DNA of 64,000 nt from the human T2T-CHM13v2.0 reference genome, Homo sapiens. The notes under the pieces are model-generated. The model was not told the origin of the DNA, ran no database searches, and saw nothing but the letters and a program-made list of their open reading frames with translations. The stretch lies in the NCBI RefSeq assembly GCF_009914755.1, contig NC_060948.1; one strand, 5' to 3'. Made by a program: the position numbers and the translations under genes. Shown here piece after piece: positions 1-11,020 of the stretch (its first letter is position 1; each line of letters starts with the position of its first letter).

Positions 1-203
1 CCCCAGCACTCCAGAAAATACCTCTGCTTCCTGCCACCATTCCACTCTGGCCAAACAGCCTCTACTCTCTTCTGCTGGGAGGGGGCCACAGGCAGGTGGT
101 TCAGTGGTTAGGGCCAACCATCTGCTTCAGTTCCTGTCTGGCCCAGATCCCTGATGTTGACCATGCCTTAGTGGGTGTATGTATACCTTTAGTGCAAGGG
201 TGG

Positions 204-679
204 TGTGACGGTTAATACTGAGTGTCAACTTGATTCGGTTGAAGGCTGCAAAGTATTGATCTCCTGGGTGTGTCTGTGAGGGCGTTGTAAAAGGAGATTA
301 ACATTTGAGCCAGTGGGCTGGGGAAGGCAGACCCACCCTTAATACTGGTGGGCACCATCTTTCTAATCAGTTGCTAGTGAATATAAAGCAGGCAGAAAAA
401 CATGAAAAGGCAAGACTGGCCTAGCCTCCCAGCCTTCATCTTTCTCCCACGCTGGACGCTTGCTACCCTCTAGCATCGGACTCCACGTTCTTCAGTTTTG
501 AGACTCAGATTGTCTCTCCTTGCACCTCAAACTTGCAGACAGCCTATTGTGGGACCTTGGGATTGTGTAAGTTAATACTTGATAAACTCCCCTTTATATA
601 TCTATATATCTATATTTATATCTATATCTGTCTATATCTCCTATTAGTTCTATCCCTCTAGGGAACCCTGACTAACACA
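204..679 (+). mobile_element. Solo ERVL LTR (MLT2A/B-type)
   Basis: Begins TGTGACGGTTAATACTGAGTGTCAACTTGA and ends CTGACTAACACA (TG...CA). It has a perfect 5-bp TSD, GGTGG, at 199-203 and 680-684, and an internal TATC-rich tract. Confidence 0.85.
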
Positions 680-3441
680 GGTGGGTAGGCACAGGGAGAT
701 GTGCCCCCTTCCCTGTGGGTGCTGGGTAGGTAAATGTTTAGCAATGGGCTTTCTTGGGGAGAGGGAACCCTGATTTTCAGTATTTGCCTCTTTTCCTGGT
801 ATAAATATTCCCACTGTGGGCAGTATCACATGGCTCTCAAAATTCCTGAAAATTCAACAGTTGGCTCCTGGCCACTGCTGTGAGCCGTTCCAGCTGGTGA
901 CTGTGGTGGCTCCATCCTGCAGGGCCATGTGTCCCCACCCCTTGTGCTATGGCCTCCCTCACTTTAGTGTGCTGTGTTTTGCTCTTAGGAATCAATGTCT
1001 TTGCAGATAAGGCACCCCAGTAGGTCACCACCTGCAGTTCCCTGGTCTGTCTCTTGCTGGCACCAAGCTGTGCTGTGCCTGCTGAGACTGCTGGGCCACC
1101 CCCACACAGATGGTCTGTGGGGCTTGCTTGATTCCCTTAGCTTCCCAGCCAAGGTGCTGGTGTTGCCAGCAGTGCTGGCAGGAGGAGGGGATAACTAGAG
1201 GGGATTTAACTCAACCCGAGGGGCTCTTACGGGATCTTTCCTTGATATCCCTCCAGGTGGGGCTGGCTGCCCTTAGGGCATAGAGACCTCCAACTCCTCC
1301 AATGGCTGAAGCTACTTCCTCGAGCAGATGGCAGCTGGCTCAGGCTGGCTAGGGACCAGTGCATGTGAGGCCGGTGCTGGATCACCCCATCAAGGCCATC
1401 AGCCTGTGCTTGTTCTTGGGGTTTGAGGGAAACCCAACAGGGATGAATCACGGTTTTTAACCTGTGTTTGTCTGCCCCCCAGCCCTGGACAACTGCAGGC
1501 AAAGTCAAAGTTATATCTGGCTCTTGTCACCACAAAAGGCATAGACCAGAAATTATGGCAGTGGGTTGGAAGTCAGGGAGGCTAATTTGGGGAAACTGCC
1601 TGGAGGAAGCAGCAACTCAAAAGAGGAGGAGTCCCAGTGTGGGACAGAACGGGCCTTGCACAAGAACCACTAACCCCAGGCAAGCCCAGACATGGCCTTC
1701 TGCCTGGAGAGGCCATCTTTGGCCTGCCCAGCAGACCCTCAGCCCCTCCTAGGCCCTGTATTCAGCCTCAGACTGAGTGGTGGCCTGGGGAAGTTGGGAG
1801 CTCAGCTGTTCTCATCCCTGGTTCCTTGGCCAAGGTGGAAACAATGGGGCCGGATCTGACTGCTCAGTGGGGACTGTGAATAGCTCTCCAGCAGGAAGCA
1901 ACAGCAGGGGTAATGGAGGAAGTGTGGGCCCACTTTGGTTTGACACTGCATATGGTCCCCATCTGGCCTCAGAGCCTTTACTCCTTGGCAAACTCAGGCC
2001 AATAAGCTCCAGCCCCCACCCTCAATGGCAGCTGGAAGAATGGCCTGAGGGAGAAGTGGGGATAGGTGGGCCACACTGACATCACCCCCAGATACCAGCC
2101 ATGGCCCCAGCCAATGCATGGAGGCGAGGCATGGCACAGCAGTTGCTGCACAGGAGCCCAAGCACAAGGGCACTTAGGAGAAGGAATCTGAGCAGGGATC
2201 AATCTGGCCTGGGGGTGATTCTCCAGAAACTCCATTCCTCAGGGCTGTGACCACCAAGCCAGGTGATCAGGCCAGTGATGTTTCCCTTTCAGCCAGGTCG
2301 GGGAGCCAGACCTGGGAGGGAGACTCCTCTGGGGCCCAGGGGATGCAAGTCAGAACTGGCAGAGGCCTCTGGCTCCAGGAACCTCCAAGAAGGAGACCTG
2401 AGTTGCTGGGAATTTCTGGGTCTGACCTCCTGCAAAGTCAAGGTCTGGGCTGGACACAAGGTGAGGCTGTGCCTTCTGGTGCCAGGACCAAGGAAATGTG
2501 GGGATCTGGGCAGTGCTCAGAGACAGCAACATATAGCAGAACCATGAGGGTGCACCAGCACGGACCCCTTTCTGCAACCCACCCATCCCTCCCTGCAGCA
2601 CCTCGCCTCCTCCAGGCAAGAATCTGAGCCTTGACCACAGCTCCCTCTCTCACACAGCTTCCTTCTTTGGTGAGAACCACCTGGAGGTGACTGTGGCCAT
2701 GGCTCTGACTGACATAGACCTGCAACTGCAGTTCTCCACGTCCCAACCCGAAGCCCTCCTTCTCCTGGCAGCAGGCCCAGCTGACCACCTCCTGCTGCAG
2801 CTCTACTCTGGACACCTGCAGGTGAGTGAGGGTGAGATTCCTTGTCCAGCTTTGAGTGAACCCCAGCTGGCTGTGTGACCTTGTGTAAGTCACCTTTCTT
2901 GGGGTTTCAAGTTCTCTACTGTGGGATGGGCAGCAGCAGCTCAGAAATGGTAAATCCTTCATGAACTGGCTCTGCTCACCAGCTCCCTCCAACCATGTTT
3001 CCCACCACAAGCCCTCACTGGCCTTTGTGCTCTGACTGCACTGAACTGCTTTCAGTTCCTGGCCATCTTATGGTCACTTGCTGCCAGTCCTTTGGTCATC
3101 ACACTCCTCCTGCCAGGTGTGTGCCCCACCCATTCCCTGCACCTGCCTAACTCTAGCCTCTCCTTGAAGTTTCAGTGTGGGCATCCCCTCCTCCTGGGCA
3201 AGGCCCCCTCCTGGGCCCCCATGACCCCTGTGCTTCCCGGTGGCACTGCACCAATTTCTCTGCAGCACCACTGTCTGTCCATGACAGTAACAGCACCAGT
3301 ACTGCCTCAGCTTCATTTTTCCATTTCATCCTTCAAGACACCACAAGCTTTATTATCAAGGAGTCTTGTGGCTCCTTCTTGAGTCTTCCCCCATACCATA
3401 AAGAGTTTAAGAACCCAGGGTCTTAGTGCAAATTTGGGGCA

Positions 3442-3583
3442 AGCTGGGTGCAGTGGCTCATGCCTATAATCCCACCACTTTGGGAGACCAAGGTGGGAAG
3501 ATCACTTGAGCCTAGGAGTTCAAGACTGGCCTGAGCCACACAATGAGACTCCATATCTATTTTAGAAAGAAAAAAAAAATTAA
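3442..3583 (+). mobile_element. Alu monomer (FLAM-type)
   Basis: Alu left-arm sequence with A-tail. 13-bp TSD CAAATTTGGGGCA at 3429-3441 and 3584-3596. Confidence 0.85.
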
Positions 3584-6500
3584 CAAATTTGGGGCAGCCA
3601 TCTCCTTCCGCACCCCAGTGGGAAGAGGACTAGGGCTTGGTCAGTCTGCTGCTGTCATTGCTGCTCACTGCCACAAGTGTCACTGTTGAACACCTATGTG
3701 GTGCAGTCTGGCACTGATGGCTGTTGAGCTCTGTGGGTACAGTGGTGCCACATCCCTACAGAGATGCACCATACCAGGATTCCAAGATCATGGTTCTTAG
3801 TGTTCTGGTTCTGCAGTTCCCGTACTCTGCCATCACCTATTCTAGCACCTGGGAGCACCACACCAGAGCCATTTCTTGTGTCAATGTCATGGTGACAGAA
3901 CTATGTCCTTCATCTCTCCTTGAGATCTTCCTCCCCCACAGGACAGGGAGCTTTTTTTTCAGAACACAGCATCTGCCTGGGTTCCCTATCCCTGAACAGT
4001 TAGCCTGGCTTCCTTCAGTGACCTCAAGAAACTTTGCCAAACTTAGGGGGACTGATCAAGGGATTCTCAGTTACCCATTATTCCAGGGGTGAAATCTAGA
4101 TTCCAAGACAATATTTCTGGTGCTTCTCTCTCAAGGAAAGAGGAGGAGAATTTAAAAATACAGGTTGGGTTTCTAGAAGAGCATCTTGCTATATGTCAGT
4201 TCATTGTGGGCAAGGACCACATCTGATTCACATCAGGGTCCCCAGAGCCCATCCAGGCCTGGCCCAGAGTTTCCTTTGGTGAGTGTTTGGAGGATGAATA
4301 AAGAGATGGCAGGAAGGCAAGAGGAGTGGCACCAGAGGCCCTTGTCCTAGGTTTTCTGCTCTGGGGACCCAACTGTGGGGAACCCACTGTGCTTTTATAA
4401 GGGAAATGATGGATTCAAAGTGCTGCCCCCCATCTCCCATTCCCTGTCTCTCCTCAGGTCAGGGTTGTCCTGGGCCAGGAGGAGCTGAGGCTGCAGATCC
4501 CAGCAGAAATGCTGCTGAGTGACTCCATCCCCTACACTACAGTTCTGACTGTCTCAGAGGGCTGGCCCACATTGTCAGTCAATGGGTTTCTGAATGCCTC
4601 CTCTGTAGTCCTGGGAGCCCCCCTAGAGGTCCCCTATGGGCTCTTTGTTGGGAACACTGGGAGCCTTGGCCTGCCCTACCTGAGGGGAACCAGCCATCCC
4701 CTGAGGGGTTGCCTCCATGCAGCCACTCTCAATGGCCACAGCCTCCTCCGGCCTCTGACCCCCGATATGCATGAGGGCTGTGCTGAAGAGTTTTCCACCA
4801 GTGACGATGTGGACCTGGGCTTCTCTGGGCCCCACTCTCTGGCTGCCTTCCCTGCCTGGGGCACTCAGAACAAAGGAACCCTGGAGTTGGCACTCACCAC
4901 ACAGATCTGGCAGGCACCCTTGACCTTCCAGGCAGCGGGCTGGCATGGGGACTTCATCCATGTGGACATATTTGAGGGCCACCTGTGGTTCATGGTCGAG
5001 AAGGGCCAGGGTACTGTATTGCTCCTCAACAGTGTGCTTGTGGCTGACGTGCAGACCCTCAAGGTCAGCATCCACATCAACACTCACCAGCTAGAAATCT
5101 CCATGGACCAGTACCCCACACGTACTTTGAACCGAGGAGTCCTCAGCTGCCTGGAGCCATGTGACAGTCTCCTTCTTGGGGAGCTGGTTGCAGAGGCCTC
5201 TCATCCCCTCCAGGAACACCACTGAGGCCTGACACCAGGGGCCGCCAATGCCTCCCTGCTGGGCTGGCTGTATGGAAGACCTCAGTGTCAATGGCCAGAG
5301 GTGGGGGCTTCGGGAAGCCTTGCTGACACACAACATGGCGGCAGGCTGCAGACTGGAGGAGGTGGAGGAGTATGAGGACAATACCTATGGCCATTATGAA
5401 GCTTTCTCCACCCTGGCCCCCAGGGCTTGGCTGTCCATGGATCTAGCTGAGCCATGCATGCTTGAGCCAGGGCTGCCTCCTGTCTTTACCAATTTCACCC
5501 AGCTGCTGACTATCAGCCCAGTGGTGGTGACCGAGGGTGGCACAGCCGAGTGGTGGCATGTGCAGCCCATGCTGGCCCTGATGGAGGCTGAACTGCATAA
5601 ATCCCAGGTGCTGTTCAGCGTGACCTGAGGGGCACACTACAGTGAACTCGAGCTGGACATCCTGGGTGCCCAGGCATGAGAAATGTTCACCCTCCTGGAC
5701 ATGGTGAACTGCAAGGCCTGCTTCATCCATGATGGCCCTGGTGCTGGAGGTGTTGGTGATGGCTTGGGTGCCCATGCCTTCATGCCTGCGGAGGGGCCAA
5801 ACTGACCTCCTGCCCATCCAGGTCAACCCTGTCAATGACCCACCCCGTATCATCTTCCCATGTGGCAGCCTTATGGTGATCCTGGAACACACACAGAAGC
5901 CTCTGGGGCCTGAGGTTTTCCAGGCCTATGACCTGGACTCTGCCTGTGAGGGCCTCACCTTCCAGCTCCTTGGCACCTCCTCTGGCCTCCCTGTGGAGCA
6001 CTGAGACCAGGCTGGGGAGCCGGTGACCCAGTTCTCCTGCTGGGAGTTGGAGGCCGACAGCCTAGTCTATGTCCACTGCAGTGGCCCTGCATAGGACTTG
6101 ACGTTCCGGGTCAGCAATGGACTGCAGGCCAGCCCCCCGTCCATGCTGAAGGTGGTGGCCATCCAGCCGGCCATACAGATCCACTGCAGCACAGGGCTGC
6201 ATCTGGCCCAGGACTCTGCCATGCCCATCTTGCCTACCAACCTGTCGGTGGAGACCAGCACCGTGGGGCAGGATGTGACTGTGTTGTTCTGTGTCACCAG
6301 AGGCCTGCAGTTCAGGGAGGTGCAGAAGCAGGGGGCTGGTGGGGTGGAGGGTGCTGAGTGGTGGGCCACACAGTCATTCCACCAGCAGGATGTGGAGCAG
6401 GGCCACATGAGGTACCTGAGCACTAACCCACAGCACTATGCCGAGGACACCGTGAAGAACCTGGATCTGCAGGTGCAGGTGAGCTGGGAAATCCTGAGCA

Positions 6501-7810
6501 ATCTGTCCTTCCTAGTGACCATCCAGAGAGCCACTGTGTGGATGCTGCAGCTGCGGCCACTGCACACTCAACACCCAGCAGAGGCCCTCACCACAGCCCA
6601 CCTGGAGGCCACCCTGGAAGAGGCAGGCCCAAGCCCCCCAACCTTCCACTCTGAGGTGGTTCAGGCTCCCAGGAAAGGCAACCTTCAACTACAGGGCACG
6701 ACACTGTCAGATGGTCAGGGCTTCACCCAGGATGATGTACAGGCTGGAGAGGTGACCTATAGGGCCATGGCACATGCCTCAGTGGCAGTGGAGGACACCT
6801 TCTGTTTCCATGTCACAGCTCCACTATATTTCTCCCCACTCTGTACTTTCTCCATCCATACTGGCGGTGACCCAGACATGCCTGTCCTCACCAATGTCCT
6901 CTTGGTGCCCGAGGGTGGTGGGTGTGTCCTCTCTGCTGACCAGCTCTTCGTCAAGAGCCTCAACAGTGCCAGGTACCTCTATGAGGCCATGTAGTGGCCC
7001 CGCCATGGGAGGTTGACTTGGTGTGGGGCACAGGACAAGACCACTATGGTGACTTCCTTCACCAATGGAGATCTGTTGCATGGCCAGCCGGTCTAGCAGC
7101 ATGATGACTCCAAGATCACGGAAGATGATATGCCATTTGCTGCTGCCACCAGGACCAGAGCAGTGGTGATGTGGCCTGGGAGGAGGTACGGGGTGTCTTC
7201 TGAGTGGCCATCCAGACTGTGAATGACCACGCCCCTGTGCAGAGCATCAGCTGCGTCTTCCATGTGGCCTGGGGTAGGTGGCAGCTGCTGACTCCACACA
7301 ACATGGCCTTCAGCAATGCTGATTCAGGCTTTGTGGATGCCCAGCTGGTGCTGACCCACAAGGACCTCCTGTCTGGCAGTATCATGGCCACGGATGAGCC
7401 CATGCAGCCCATCTTCTGCTTCATCCAGGAGGGGCCTCAGGAAGAGGCGAGTCCTGTTCACGCACTCAGGCTGACCATGGCTGGATCCTGCTGCATGTGT
7501 CCGACAGGCAGCACCAGGCCATCTTGGTGCTGGAGGTGCAGGCCTTGGAGCCTTACCTCTATGTGGCCAATGGCTCCGGCCTCAAGGTCCCTCAAGGAGA
7601 CCAGGGTACCATCAATATGGCCGAGCTCCACCTGGGCACCAACCTCGACATCCGCAGTGGGGATGAGGTCCACTACCACATCACAGACAGCCCTTGCTGG
7701 GGACAGTTGCTCCAGGCCACTCAGCCAGCACAGCCTTCGCCCAGAAGGACCTGCTGGTTGGGGCCGTTCTCTTTGGCCACAATGGCAGCCTCAGCTCCCG
7801 CAACACCCTG

Positions 7811-7873
7811 GCCTTCTCAATGGATGTGGGGCCTTCTCAATGGATGTGGGGCCTTCTCAATGGATGTGGGGCC
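7811..7873. repeat. 20-bp tandem repeat x3 inside CSPG4 exon 3
   Basis: GCCTTCTCAATGGATGTGGG occurs exactly three times, followed by GCC. Confidence 0.95.
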
Positions 7874-10469
7874 AGTGCACACAGACAGTGCACACGGTGC
7901 ACTCTACAAGTGACCATTGCCCTAGAGGGCCCACTAGCCCCACTGAAGCTGGCCTGGCACAAGAAGATCTACATCTTCCTGGGAGAGGCAGCTGAGATCA
8001 GAAGGGACCAGCTGGAGGTGAGGAGCTGGGGGTGGTGAGTGGGGGTGTGGACCAGGTAGAGGGCCTTCCTCCCAGCCTCCCTGCCGGGAACACATGTGAC
8101 TTGGGCTGTGCCTGTGGTGGTCCCAGGTTGCGTGTGTGCACGTGCCTCAGATGTGCTCCCATATATGTTGTGTTCCCAAGAGTTTCTGGGGAGCTTGCTG
8201 TACACCCATCCTCCGGGGAGTTGTGTGTGCCTCTAGAGGTGGTGCCCACTCATGTCCATGGCATGGCTGAGCATGCAGATTCCTGGACCCCACCCAGCCC
8301 TACAGAATCTCTGAAGTGGAGCCCGAGAATCTGCATTGCAGTCAGTTCCCTGGGAAGGCATCACGGGTCCTGAACTTTTGGGATTGCTGGCCGTGGAGAC
8401 AGGCCACTGCCCCTCAGACCCCTGTGTACCCTGCTTTTTTCTCAGAGCCCAGACCAGGACTAGGAGGGTCTGTCAAGGGCTTCTGCTCATCCAGGAACCC
8501 CACAGAACCCCACAGACCAGCCACAGGCCTTCCAGAGATCTCACTGACATGCCCTGTGACCTCAGGCCAGTCCTTGCCCACTCTCAGCCTTACTCTCCCA
8601 CACTGCTCATTTCGGAGACCCTTCTGGTCTGCATCTGAGCGTGGGGCCCACGGTGAGCCAGCAGATCTGGCATCAGGAAGGTCTCATGGGAGGAGGCAGT
8701 GTTTGGGCTGGGCTCTGAAGAGCACAGGCCATCTGGAGCAGGGAATGGGGAGTGGTATTCCAGGCAAAAGGAACATTCCTGGCAAAGGCACAGAACAGGA
8801 ATGTGAGTTTGGGGGCAGTTCACAGGGGAGGACCTGGTGAACTTCACTCAGGGAGAGGTAAGGGCCCCACTCTGCAGTCACCACTCAGATGCGCCCAGCC
8901 TCAGGTGGCCACTGTGCTATGGACATCATGTGGACATGGGCACCAGCTCCAGCATCACTGTCAGCAGACACTCCCGGGCCTGCCATGGTCCAGGGCCCTG
9001 GTGTCCTGCCCTCCAGGAGTCATCAGGCTGGTGGGGCAAGTTCATGTTCCCAGAAGGAGGGAGAAGGATGCAGGAAGTTGGGGATACAGGTCCCTAGAGC
9101 AGGGCTGGGGTCTTGGGGTGTGGCTTCCAGAAGGAAGCTACAGCTGGACCCAAGGGTCTAGAGAGGGAGCACCATGTAGGGGCACTAGTGGCACCCCAGT
9201 AGCTGGTGAGGGGCAGTGCTTGGTGGGGGATGGAGTCAGAGGTGAAGCAGCTGCTGGGGCCTGTGGGCAGAGGTGTGAGCCTGGGGCTCAGATCAGGTGC
9301 CAGCCAGAGGCAGAGTGGATCCTAGGAGCAGATGAGCTGATGAAAGGCAGCTGAGTCAGCCAAAAGGGGGAAGCCACTGTTCATCTGTCCTGGTGGCTTC
9401 AGGGAAGAACTAGAGCTCTCAGCCATGGGTAGTGGCAGACTCTGTGTGGTAATTGTGCCATGGGGACCAGCCCAGTCATTGTTTAAATGAACACCTCTCC
9501 CCAAAGGCAGAACGGGAGTTGTTCCATAGCAGGGCAGAGCAGGGCAGACTCTTTGTGGGCCGTCCTGGGCAGGCAGCACACCTGATGCTCCCACCAGGAG
9601 ACTGCGTGAGCATCTGGACCCAGCACATGATCACAGTGAGTTCTGGGTAGGGAGTGGTCTTGTGGGGCGCAGAGCTGACTCTGTCATTCAGGAGCCACGG
9701 CACGCAGCACTGCCTCAAGTACCTCCAGAGGGGTCCCACTGCCAGCCCTTGAAAATGGCAGAGCCCACACCTAGCCCCCTTTTCAAGCTCCCTTGCTTGG
9801 GCAAGGACCTCCTGAGCCTGGCAGTCTCCCTCCTGAGAGGTGCAGATGGTACTCAGCAAGTGCAAAGCCAAGGTTTCTTGGGCCTCTCACATCAGTACCT
9901 CCCAGACCTGGGTTCTTTATTTCCCCAGAGCTCCACTCCTGCTATGGCACCCTCCCCACAATGAGATATTCATCAGGCTGGTGTCTACAGCTGCTGCATA
10001 CCCTCAGTTGCTGGGATCCTTTGTCAAGAATGCCCAGGAATGAGGAGGGCATGGGACCAGACCATCAGCAACCCTCTTGCACTCTATAGTCCCACGTTAC
10101 TCAGAGCTTCCCCATGCCCCAGCAAGATGGACTAGATTGAATGGTCACCAGGGGTCCAGGCTGGCAGTGCCACCCAGGAAAGCCGGGAAGAGGCTACATG
10201 GGCTACCTGGCCCACTCAGGGAGGAGGAGGGCAGGACTGGGTATTGTCTTGACAGCAGCCCTGTCCCACAACACTGAACTGGGCTGGGAAGGGGTCAGGT
10301 GTCCTTTTTCAGGTAAGAAAACTGAAGCTCCTGGAGGGCAGGTAACTGTATTCAGAGCACATGGCGAGTAAGAGGCAAAACTTCTGCTGGCAAGTCCAGG
10401 ATTTCTGTCACCAGAGGACACTGCTTGCTCCCCAGAGCTCAGGACCCTGTGTTTTGTCTCACTCCCACT

Positions 10470-10710
10470 CCTGGAGGCCGAGACGGGAGGATCACTTGAG
10501 CCCAGGAGTTCGAGACCAGCCTGGGCAACATAGTGAGACCTTGTCTCCACACAAAAATTTTACAAATAGCTGGGCTTGGTGGTGGCACGTGCCTGTAGTC
10601 CTAGCTACGTGAGAGGCTGATGTTGGAGGATTGCTTTGAGCCCAGGAGGTGGAGGCTGCAGTGAGCAGTGATCACTGTACTCCATCCTGGTGACAGAGCG
10701 AGACCCTATC
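10470..10710 (+). mobile_element. 5'-truncated old Alu (AluJ-like)
   Basis: Contains GGAGGCCGAG...GATCACTTGAGCCCAGGAGTTCGAGACCAGCCTGGGCAAC plus the right arm. Confidence 0.8.
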
Positions 10711-11020
10711 ACTGCCCCCTGCCCTGCCAAAAAGAAAACTGAGTAGACAGGTGTCTTCTTGGCATGATAGGTCCTAAGTCCCCTCCCAGATCTGTGACAT
10801 TGGACAGGTGTCTTTTCCTCTCGACCTCAGTGTCCCCATCTGAGTGAGAAAAGGCGGTGGGGAGGGGGATCTTCCAGTTGAAGCGGTATAGAAGCCCGTG
10901 TAAAAAGCCATACTCCAAGGGGCTCCAAGTCCAGCACACAGTCCCAGCAGGGCCCAGCAAGGCAGCCAGGGTGGCACAGGCAGCAGGTCCCAACCTTCTT
11001 CCCTGTTTGTCCACTCTCAG

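Larger units (their letters stand above)
2658..8017 (+). pseudogene. CSPG4P: CSPG4 (NG2 proteoglycan) unprocessed pseudogene, exons 2-3
   Basis: Exon 2 at 2658-2821 (cag|...|gtgagt, 164 bp) reads SFFGENHLEV...TDIDLQLQFSTSQPEALLLLAAGPADHLLLQLYSG. The large exon 3 at 4458-8017 (cag|GTCAGG...CTGGAG|gtgagg) carries laminin-G and CSPG-repeat sequence (VPYGLFVG, LRGCLHAATLNG, VNPVNDPP, IALEGPLAPLKL). Multiple stops (e.g. 5223, 5626, 6002) and frameshifts. No exon 4 seen. Confidence 0.95.

Noticed and set aside
7811-7873. Direct repeats as a CRISPR-like array (also 19847-19945)
   Set aside because: The units are head-to-tail with no spacers, the context is eukaryotic, and there are no cas genes.
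4509-7995. Long ORFs (238, 298 and 263 aa) as functional CDS
   Set aside because: They are consecutive fragments of one CSPG4 exon broken by stops and frameshifts.
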